64,000 nucleotides of DNA from Octopus bimaculoides. Its lineage: Eukaryota. The notes beneath the pieces are model-generated. The model saw nothing but the letters and a program-made list of their open reading frames with translations. It ran no database searches and was not told the DNA's origin. Made by a program: the position numbers and the translations under genes. Below are positions 54,042-64,000 of this stretch, in pieces. Every line of letters begins with the position of its first letter. The first letter of the stretch is position 1. The stretch is taken from positions 34,651,383 through 34,715,382 of the forward strand of contig NC_068995.1 in the NCBI RefSeq assembly GCF_001194135.2, in the 5' to 3' direction.

Positions 54042-54339
54042 GGATTGTATCGAAATACGTTAGGAGATCATAACACTTCCACCGTGATAGTCATCGATGA
54101 ACATAAACTAGATGGCACTACCTATTGTAAGGCCTCGTGCTATTTGTTTTATTACATAACTGGTATTTGGCTGATCGAAGAAAATAAAAGCTGAAAAGCG
54201 AAATTCGAAATCAGAGCGTACGGTATGTGAACTAAATATCACATGGTATTTGGCATCACGCTCATGCGAAACTGTCAAGTCTAAGCTCAAAATTTAAATA
54301 ATATCCTTTCTAATAAGCCATAGATTTGAAGTAGAAGTG

Positions 54340-54455
54340 TTAGTCGGTGAAATCGATCCAGTACTTGGCAATAATGTTTTGTTATGGACCTCGGAAGGAT
54401 GAAAGGCAAATTTGACCTCGGCGGTATTTAAACACTAAAAGGCATGAGACGAAAC
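54340..54455 (-). mobile_element. SINE family B fragment
   Basis: gaaggatgaaaggcaaatttgacctcggcgg. Confidence 0.7.
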
Positions 54456-55477
54456 AAAAAAAATAAAGGACTTTTTCTTGCAGTGCAGTTAATCTCTTAA
54501 CCAAATTTTATTAATATCAAACATTGAACTTACGTCAAACGGTATGCAATTATCATCTATGTTAAAAAAAAACAAAAAAAACAAAACAAAAAACTTGCTT
54601 TAACATTCTTGATCGGAAATTAGGTGAGTGAAAAAGAATTCGATACGCTGACCAGAAAAACAAAAACAAATCAAAACTAGCATGGAATATTTTGAATGTA
54701 TCATGGAAACAAATATAGATCGACAGGATTAAATGAGCATAGATCAATATACTAAAAGACAAGGTCAAAATCTCTAGGGGCAACAAGTATTAAGAAACAT
54801 ATCGATGCAAAATATACACGCTACGTAAATCGACCTCCAAAAAAATAAGAAAAAAATAATGGAGTTCAGAAGTTTTAAATCAGGCATAACTTTAATAGCA
54901 CTTGGAAGTTGAAATTGGAACCGTAAAGTTTATTGATTATATTACAAGAATAGAGATGTAAAATCAGATGAGAGTAAACTAATACGTCTAGACTAAAACT
55001 TAAGATCGAGCAGCTGAGTCAGGAAATAAGACTTATGACGATAACAATTTTCATATTATAAGTTATATAGCAATAGCAGCTACACCATCTTGAACTACAC
55101 TTTCATTATACATAGACTCACGTAGAAGCATATACATACATACATACATACATACATACATACATACATACATGTATGTATATATATGTATATGGGTGCG
55201 CGCGTGTGTGTGTGATTACATTTATATGAACTTTCCGCATCAAGGATATACATAAATATGTATGTATGTATGTATATATGTATGTATGCATGTATGCATA
55301 TGTTTCTGCGTGAGTGTATGTTTAGTGAAAGTGTAGTTTAAGATGATGTATTTAAGTTGGTGTATATGTATATATATTTATATGGACATAATACACACAC
55401 ACATATATATAGACATAAATATGTATGTATATATAATTGTATATATATACACACAAATATATATATATATGTAATTG

Positions 55478-55552
<75 letters not shown>

Positions 55553-56874
55553 ATATGTATATACATATATATATATATATGTATGTATATATGTATGTAC
55601 GTGCGTGTTTATATATATATANNNNNNNNNNNNNNNNNNNNNNNNNNNNNNNNNNNNNNNNNNNNNNNNNNNNNNNNNNNNNNNNNNNNNNNNNNNNNNN
55701 NNNNNNNNNNNNNNNNNNNNNNNNNNNNNNNNNNNNNNNNNNNNNNNNNNNNNNNNNNNNNNNNNNNNNNNNNNNNNNNNNNNNNNNNNNNNNNNNNNNN
55801 NNNNNNNNNNNNNNNNNNNNNNNNNNNNNNNNNNNNNNNNNNNNNNNNNNNNNNNNNNNNNNNNNNNNNNNNNNNNNNNNNNNNNNNNNNNNNNNNNNNN
55901 NNNNNNNNNNNNNNNNNNNNNNNNNNNNNNNNNNNNNNNNNNNNNNNNNNNNNNNNNNNNNNNNNNNNNNNNNNNNNNNNNNNNNNNNNNATACACACAT
56001 ATTCATCTAATGAAATTGTGGTTTAACGTGATGCAGCCGGTGTTGATGGTAATTCCAAGCCTCGGAATGTCGAGAAAAACGAGATAAACAATTAAATAAG
56101 GGATGGGCCAAGTATCAGTAGAACAATGACTCACACAAAAACTTAATTTAACTTTCTGTAAATACTTACGTAGACAACTTAATTTTCTCTGTAATTAAAA
56201 AAATAAAGAAAATTAAGTGAAATGAACCGATGGAATAAATTTGATTAAATAAGTTAACGAGTAATTTATTTCTTTTCTTTTTCTTTTCTCACTGCAAACT
56301 ACTGATATCATTCAAGTAGACATACCGCTAAATTTTGGGGATGTATATGACGTGACCGATAGAGGAGGAGAATATTCAACAAAATTTCATAAATTGCATT
56401 TTTCGTCTTCAAGGCATGTATATTTGAAACTTCATATCCTTTTCCACTCTCTTTCACATCGGAATTTAATTTGGAGAATCGGTACTAAACACGCGAGTGA
56501 TTGGCACAGAGGATTCCAAGAGACAATTAGTCGCCGAAACAATCACATATATGAACTAGTTATAAATTTAAAAAAAGATAATTGTGTTCTTGTTTCAACT
56601 TATCACCTCTTAGACAATAATAGACCACTTAAATACATGTTCTAATTTGTAAATCGAAGCTAAAACATCTGTATTCTTCGGAAAACTATAAACGTCATTT
56701 GTGGCAAATTCATAAACTGTTGAATATTACCTTTCTTCATCAAACGAGTTATATATATTAGTATCTCAATAGTACATATTCTATCGTGTCGAAAGAAAAA
56801 AAGAAAGTAAAGACGAACCTATGGAATGAACAAGTGTATTATTAATAATCATCATATCTAGTATACTATAATAG

Positions 56875-56990
56875 TCATCCCTTATTTAGGTACAAGGCCA
56901 ATAATTTTGAAGAGAGCGGGGTTAGTTGATCCCATTAATCTCAGTACTTGGTCGCTATTCTATTTTATCGACCTCGAAATAATGAAATGC
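56875..56990 (-). mobile_element. SINE family B 3' fragment, truncated where the Tx1-like remnant begins
   Basis: ggtacaaggcc...ttttatcgacctcgaaataatgaaa. Confidence 0.6.
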
Positions 56991-56994
56991 AGAC

Positions 56995-58340
56995 TGGCAG
57001 TGTGAGAAAATTTTTCGAGGTTTTTCAAATGTCTCTAAACAAACTGAATTAGAATTGAAGACCATGTCGTTCCGATTGCCTTCGTAAACTCATAAACGAC
57101 TACAAGTCTGATGAGATTACCTTCGCAACCGTTCAACCTCAGCATCACCGACTTATTGCTCAGTCAAGCAAGATGGTCTCTACCGCTAAACCGAATACTT
57201 CCCGGAACTATATTCCCACTCAATTGCTTGATTTTTATTGACCACAAAAGGAATATATCTAGTAGTCATCAATAATGGGTGCAAGTACGTGCGCTGTAGG
57301 AATTTTGGTCATGTCAGTGGCTACCGCATCTATGTCCAGTGACCTGAGCTCATCGAGCCTATGATCATACTCCCCAAACCGATCCTAGATTACGTATATT
57401 TATACACTAAACTCCGAATGAAACCATATCTGCTGGGAAAACATATAATGGCTGACGCTGCTCACCTTGATCTCTTAAGAATGGTTGGTAGTCTGGTTAT
57501 GTGCCCTTTGGGAAGCTCCCTCCAAAGTTGGAAATTGTAGCAGTGGCTTCTATGTATCTACCGACGTTTTCGATAATATTCTGTCATTGTGCTGGTTTGG
57601 AGGTAAAGCCTCCAAGTTTACGCCTGTTGCTACATTGTCTTTTTGATGTATAGTCCAGCAATTCACTGCTGATTATTTTCATAACAGAGAAACTGATGAC
57701 TTTTATCTTTTTTTTGTTGTGATTGATGTTGCTGTTGTTCTTTTTGGTAAGTTTGTTAGTCTTGTGTATGCACGTTTTCCTGTTGCTGTTGACATTGTCA
57801 CAGATTCAGGTAGTGTAGAGGTTTCGGCTCTTATTTATTTTGGTAGCCCTTGATACTTTTTAGTGCTTGTGTTAGTATTTGACTGTTCGTTTATCTTTTT
57901 GTTTCTGTGTTGGGCTTTAGCACTTTGATCCTATCTTTTGAACGCCTCAGGTAACAATATATCACTCATTGGCTTCCCCAATTTTTGCTTTCGACATTTC
58001 ACGAAAAAATCAAAGGAAGACGTGTAAGGCTGTTTGATGCAGTTATAAACGTCAGTGTTCTTTTTTTTTCTGCTGTTTTCGCTGCAAGAGGTGATATAGT
58101 GGCTGCTACTATGGTTCACGAAATTGTCGTGGATGCAGCAAGGGGATTTTCATTCTGTTTTGATAGAGGATGAGGCGCTTTGGTAGTTGCGGCTACCATA
58201 AATAAACGTAACTAGATGGCATTCTTTACCACAAATAAAATTGGGGCACCATTCTCAAGGTGAACGACTTCTGTGATCATTTTATGTATTCTGGATTGAA
58301 TCTCTTCTAAACCTCTGCTTAAAATGCTAGTTATTTGGTG
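56995..58340 (-). mobile_element. Decayed Tx1-like LINE: ORF1 C-terminal half plus APE endonuclease N-terminus
   Basis: Degenerate knuckle PNFICGKECHLV and a K/T-rich tail, then CINIRNLGS...LDELRSLDIDAVAT..TK and VMLRLNGCEGNLIRLVVVY (APE motifs). Confidence 0.65.
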
Positions 58341-59146
58341 TCATCTTATTCCTTTCCCCTTATAGGAGGGTAGAAACAGATAATCCCCAGAAAACAGCGT
58401 GTGTATTTGAATGTGTGTGCGTGTGTATGTGTGTGTGTGTGTGTGTTTATGCTTGTCTGTGTATATCTGTGTGTGTGAGTGCGTAAGGCTATTTCTATTG
58501 TCTCTCTTTCAATGAAACTCGATACTATAACCCCCCCCACTCATACTGTCACCACATCTCATATATTGGCTCTCACATCTTCATGCACTTTCCCATTTGT
58601 ACTGTGTAGGATTATCAGTGATACTAATTTCCCTATCTATGCGTCTACAAATCACAGTTCTTGTTATTGTTCTGCTTCTTCAGGTGGAAATACGATCAAG
58701 CCCTGACTTGGTAACGTAGTGTCTGAGTTTCAGCTTTCAAATCTGGGACATTGTCGCTGACATAGCAATCGTTATTTCTATTGCACTTAAAAACGATGCT
58801 ACTATTTCCATACTAGTCGTAACAGCTGGATGTTATTGTCGTTGCTGTTGTTGGTATTGTTTTGTATTGTTTTTATACTAATTGTAAAGGATGTGTGTCA
58901 TCGCTGTTCTGGTGTTACTGGTGTTTCCGTTATTCTCGCTGTTATTCAATATTGCTGTTCTTTGTGTTGGTGGTTTGTGGAACTAATCGACCCCAGGACT
59001 TATTCTTTGTAAGCCCAGAACATATTCTATCGTTATATTTTGCCGAACGGCTACGTTACGGGGACATAAACATACCAGAATCACTTATCAAGCGATGGTG
59101 GGGGAGGGAGACAAACACACACACACAAATACAATATATATATATA

Positions 59147-59358
59147 CAAAATACAAAATGGCTGATAGTTAGCAAGGTGAGACACACATAAGAAAGAAGG
59201 AAACAAAGGACCACTGATGAGGTCACAGAAGTGTGACGAAAGAACTCTGGCCGAAATAAGATTAAGATTAATGTAATATAAAGCTGAAGCAAATTAACAC
59301 CAAATATACAGTGCGTGTGTTTTTATTGGCTAAACTGGCAATATGACCATCCCCAAGT

Positions 59359-59361
<3 letters not shown>
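59147..59361 (+). mobile_element. 215-bp ribozyme-bearing insertion (Penelope terminal-repeat or retrozyme-like)
   Basis: Flanked by the direct repeat ACAATATATATATATA (59131-59146 and from 59362). Contains a hammerhead core. Confidence 0.6.
59208..59252 (+). ncRNA. Minimal type I hammerhead ribozyme
   Basis: ggacca-CTGATGA-g-gtcaca(gaag)tgtgac-GAAA-gaac-TC-tggcc: intact core boxes, a 6-bp stem II, a very short stem III, predicted cleavage after C59247, and stem I ggacca/tggcc. Confidence 0.7.
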
Positions 59362-59393
<32 letters not shown>

Positions 59394-60092
59394 CGACGGG
59401 TCTCTCCCGGTTTCCGTCTACGAAAACCACTCACAAGGCTTTGGTCAGTCCGGGGCAACAGTAGAGGACGCCCAAGTTGCCACGCAATAGGACTTGAACC
59501 CGGAACCATGTGATTGGGGGAATCAATCAGTATTCTGCAGTAAGATAATCAGGAAAAAAACCCAGCAAAGGTTTAATTTATGCTGGCTTTACTACAAATA
59601 AAACGCTATTAATATTGTATAAATCGATAAATAACTTAATCTCTCTTTATTTGCATACTTTGCCATTAATTATTTACGTTTGTCATTTTCATCACGATCA
59701 AGGCCAAAAATGTTAGAACGGCAATGGTGCCGTCGACTAGCGATTCGAAATACGACATCAATATTAAAATCCTCTTCAAAAACGACTCAATTCTTGGGTG
59801 TTTTTGATTTACAGCCCTTCAAATTACTCATTCCTTAGTGATTGTGGTGAATTTTAATTGTACTGATGTAAATGTTGTAGATTAGTTTTATAATCAAAAT
59901 TTCCGAGCAAAATATCAGAGCGCAATAATTTAAAATCATCCTCTCCTTAATTTTCAGTATTTAGATTTTGTGTTTACGGATAGTATTATAAATAGCTTGC
60001 ACATGCACCGAGGCACGTAAACACGCTCGAAAAAACACACACACACACACACGCACACACACACACACACACGCACGCACACACACACACAG

Positions 60093-60127
<35 letters not shown>

Positions 60128-60332
60128 AGTATATACATGATGCATTTCATATCACCAAAAGTGTAGGCTTTTTAAAACAAAGCTTCATATACAATCCATG
60201 TGAAACAGATTAGATGAAAATTTCCATGTTTAAGACATATGAGCGATTACAATGTAAAAAAAGAAATCAGTATGACGAACTGAAGGATATTTTTAAAAAG
60301 TAAACATAATGGAGATGTGTGTGTGTGTGTGT

Positions 60333-60373
<41 letters not shown>

Positions 60374-60405
60374 AGAGAGAGATAAAGAGATAGATNNNNN
60401 NNNNN

Positions 60406-60474
<69 letters not shown>

Positions 60475-60727
60475 TCTTTTTATAATTAACTGATGAAATT
60501 TACAGGCATGTTTAGCTCTTATATAAATGCGCTCTTTCTACAACATTAACAGTATTTTAACTCTTATTTCTAACAATGTAGGTGCGTCGGCACCCTTAGT
60601 TACATTTAGTGACGGTTGAAGTTTTCCTTTATTGTATCACATTGCGCATAGCTATTTATATTAATTTACACACACACACACACACACACACATTTTTATA
60701 TACATGCACATAATATATATATATATA

Positions 60728-61590
60728 CAGGTTACGGTGAGTATATTGTCGTCTAAATTATGAAAATAGTACTGACATCTCATTTTAACAGATATATTTA
60801 CCAAATTTCCATAAAAATATCTTCAAATACTAAAGAGTAAATTTATTCAATAAAATCGCCATTGGCCTCAACCATGGCCTCCAGCTGACTTCGGAAACTT
60901 CAGCAACTCTTCTGGACGATCTCCTGTTTAAGTTGGTGAATACTGCCATAATCGTTACCTTTAGTTCATCTTTGGTGTTACAAGGGGTTTTGATGGTCTC
61001 TCGCTCAACTGCACCCCACACATAAATAACCAAGGGGGTTGCAGCTTAGGGAGTTAGGTGGCCAGATGTTAGGTGTGATGTGGTGTGGTCGCAGAAATTT
61101 CTGTCAGCCATAAATGGGTTCTCCTGCTGGTGTGGCATGGTACAGCGTACTGTTGCCAGACATAGGGTCTTCCAGCAGCACTACCACATGCAGGCACTTG
61201 ATACAGGCCTCCAAGTTTAGTCTGATGCCGTGTGGTAAAATGAATGGAGGCATAACGTCACCATCACTAGTGATCACTCTTGACACCATGATGTTGATTG
61301 GATGATTGAATTTTATCACTCTTGGTACATGTCCTCAGATTGCACTGTCCTTAGATTGACACCCAAACACTCTGAAATATTCGTATTGGAGCTTCCGGCG
61401 CATATGCCAAGCAGTACATCATGTCGTTTCCAAATTTCTGGTACAGTGTGTTGCGTCATGGTGCTATTTTTCTCAAAGATGGTGCCTAACGGATCCTACT
61501 ATACTGTGTAGTCGACAAAAGCATATACAAGAAGCGCACATGCACGAAATCCAAAATATGCAAGAGCGACAATTTGCCCATCACACCCTG
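60728..61590 (-). mobile_element. Internally deleted maT/DD37D-like Tc1-mariner element with both TIRs and TA flanks
   Basis: TIRs caggttacggtgagtatattgtcg / cgacaatttgcccatcacaccctg. Translation shows MTQHTVPEIWKRH, ITSDGDVMPPF, WQQYAVPCHTSRRT, WPPNSLSCNPL and VWGAVERETIKTPCNTKDELK. Confidence 0.85.
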
Positions 61591-61763
61591 TATATATATA
61601 TATATATNNNNNNNNNNNNNNNNNNNNNNNNNNNNNNNNNNNNNNNNNNNNNNNNNNNNNNNNNNNNNNNNNNNNNNNNNNNNNNNNNNNNNNNNNNNNN
61701 NNNNNNNNNNNNNNNNNNNNNNNNNNNNNNNNNNNNNNNNNNNNNNNNNNNNNNNNNNNNNNN

Positions 61764-61815
<52 letters not shown>

Positions 61816-61982
61816 GTGTATGTGTGTGTGTATGCGTGTATTTAGTGTGCAGTTTAAAATTTTAATTTTATGACAACTTGACAGTAAACAGAACTATGCA
61901 TGCATACGTCTCATACAATAATTGTCTCTCACCATTCGGTATCAATCCGACATTAAGGGGTCTTAATGTAATATATGCAGAA

Positions 61983-62195
61983 GGTGGCGAGCTGGCAGAG
62001 ACGTTAGCACGCCGAGCGAAATGCTAAGCTGTATTTCATCTGTCTTTACGTTCTGAGTTCAAATGTCGCCGAGGTCGACTTTGCCTTTCATTCTTTCGGG
62101 GTTAATAAATTAAGTACCAATTGCGTACTGGGGTCGATCTAATTGCCTGCCCTCCCCCAAATTTTGGGCCGTGTGCATAGAGTAAAAAAGAATAT
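61983..62195 (+). mobile_element. SINE family B, full length
   Basis: ggtggcgagctggcagagacgttagcacgccgagcg...gagttcaaatg...gcctttcattctttcgggg...gtactggggtcgatc. Confidence 0.95.
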
Positions 62196-62336
62196 AGTAT
62201 ATGTAGAAAGTAATACAAGCCATGAGATGTTGATTATAAGACATTTAGATGAACCATCTTATTTATGTTTCATCAAGAGAAAAAGTTCTTAGTTATATAT
62301 TGAAAATTACAAAATGAAATTTGTGAACCTTTTAAC

Positions 62337-62379
62337 AGATTCGTAAGGGACGCAGGGGAGATGCGTCCCTTATGAATCT
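62337..62379. other. Isolated 18-bp hairpin with a 7-nt loop
   Basis: agattcgtaagggacgca-ggggaga-tgcgtcccttatgaatct, with one G:T pair. Confidence 0.9.
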
Positions 62380-62443
62380 TCCCGTCTTTAGCTTCCTGTC
62401 TAAAGAAATCTACTTATACAGAATGACAGTGTATTCCGAAATT

Positions 62444-62640
62444 CACTGGTGTCGCAAATAGCACTTATGTGCTTTTTGGCACTTTGTGGCTATACCGGAA
62501 ACTTTATGTCTATACGGGAGGCTCTGAAAGACGAATGCTGTACTTTGGAGGCTTCTATAGAATGCTATTTCTAACGAATACAGCTACTGTCGATAAATAC
62601 GAATTTTTGCCTCGCCTGCCAGCTATTTGTGACACTAGTG
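62444..62640. mobile_element. 197-bp CMC-superfamily (CACTA/Chapaev3-type) MITE
   Basis: 19-bp TIRs CACTGGTGTCGCAAATAGC / GCTATTTGTGACACTAGTG (2 mismatches) and a 3-bp TSD ATT on both sides. Confidence 0.85.
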
Positions 62641-64000
62641 ATTAGTTAATCACTGTTTTGTGTATCAGTAGGGGCTGACGTCGTCTAAGTACGCGATTGA
62701 TAATGAATACTTACTACTGATGACTCATAAAGGCATAAATATCGTGATTTAGCTACTCCATTGCCGCAGCTGAATAGTTTTCGTCCGCAACTGATACGCT
62801 GCTGTGCTTTTTAGCACCATTCGTTATACGTGAACCTGTTCTAAGACGAATGTTGCAGTTTTGTGGTATTCTACCGTATACCAAGGTTAAGTAAGATATA
62901 AAGAATGCTATTCTTAACCAATAGAGCCTCCGTCGCTCATAACGACTATATATATAAATGTGTATGTGTGTATGTATATATAAATTTATATACGTACAGG
63001 TACATAAATGTGTGTTTATGTGTGTACATACAAGCATATATAATCGACGTATATAAAACATTATTTTACGTTCTTCCTTGCGAAATGCAGATATAATCTA
63101 AAGGACTTAAAGCATTCTTCAATTAAAGTTCTGTTAATGTAAACTAATTGGCAATTAGTGTGGTAGGTTAGGCTACAGGTTTGAAATAATCACATCATAA
63201 TCATCATCAGAGAACTGATTATTACACTAGGTGTTTAAGAATATTGATTTAAACTCTCTACTCATAGTGACACATATTCCTGAACACACAGGTAAATATA
63301 TATATCATATGCATGACTGTACACCATACGTAGGGATATCTCTGTGTAACGCATAAATATATGTGCGAAAGCTCGTGCATAAGTATATATGCTTATACTA
63401 TTTTTCTGTTTACCCAAAGTTCATACCACATTACTACAAATTGTCAACAAGTTCACCAAAAGTGACTGATAGAAGAAGAAGACTTTGGAGTTGATTGGTT
63501 CGACTTAAAGTCTACAAGGGAGTTCCACGGTATGGTCGCAGTCTAATGAGCGAAACAACCAAAAGATAAAAGATAATAGCACTTCAAGTTTATGAATAAT
63601 TTATAGTATTATATATATATTTCATTCATGACTAGTTCAAATTCATGATTTGTATGAGGCTTACCTAGAATATATGCATTATAAACTGCATTATGTGTTG
63701 CATTTATTATATGGGGAGTTTAAATTTATCTAACCGCCTGCCTCACATATGTGCAATGTCGTAGCTGTTGTCCAGTTTCAGAATAAGGTATATCATATTG
63801 CTGTTCATTATCGTTTCAGACCTTGGTCTATTGTTTGTTTGAGAAATATATTCTACAATATCTCTATAATTCATTGTTGCTAGTGATATCACTGAATAAT
63901 AATTTTATGACGATAAAATGTCGACGGAGTCCTACTCAAATACATTTATACATGTGCTAACGATGATGAAATTCAGTGCATCTTGACCTTTTCTTTATAT

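Larger units (their letters stand above)
58975..59520 (-). mobile_element. SINE family A interrupted in its internal TA repeat by a 215-bp insertion
   Basis: Right arm at 58975-59120 and left arm at 59395-59520. Confidence 0.85.

Noticed and set aside
62753-62940. CpG-containing patch with a CCAAT box and a minus-strand ORF
   Set aside because: The ORF starts in a microsatellite and has no recognisable homology; promoter status cannot be supported from sequence alone.

Overview
This is AT-rich eukaryotic DNA dominated by microsatellites and transposon remnants, with about 17 N-gaps. The SINE families look like those of octopus, so the source is probably an Octopus short-read assembly (inference, not verified). 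I found no convincing host-gene exon, rRNA, true tRNA or CRISPR array. Almost all long ORFs in the supplied track are microsatellite translations or gap read-throughs. The window contains four recurring tRNA-like SINE families, which I label A to D. It also holds decayed retroelements (RTE, CR1, Tx1-like, R4/Dong-like, Penelope-like), DNA transposon remnants (mariner, maT/DD37D-like Tc1-mariner, Helitron, a CMC/CACTA-type MITE) and two foldback structures. The most notable observations are: (1) a 1.6-kb Tx1-like element with ORF1 but no ORF2, inserted into a SINE with a 6-bp target-site duplication; (2) a near-canonical minimal type I hammerhead ribozyme in a 215-bp insertion nested in a SINE; (3) a single-orientation stack of SINEs and a non-coding element inside TAA/TAG microsatellites, suggesting Dong/R4-type microsatellite targeting; (4) an RTE family ending in three C2H2 zinc fingers. 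All family assignments come from motif recognition by eye, without database searches.
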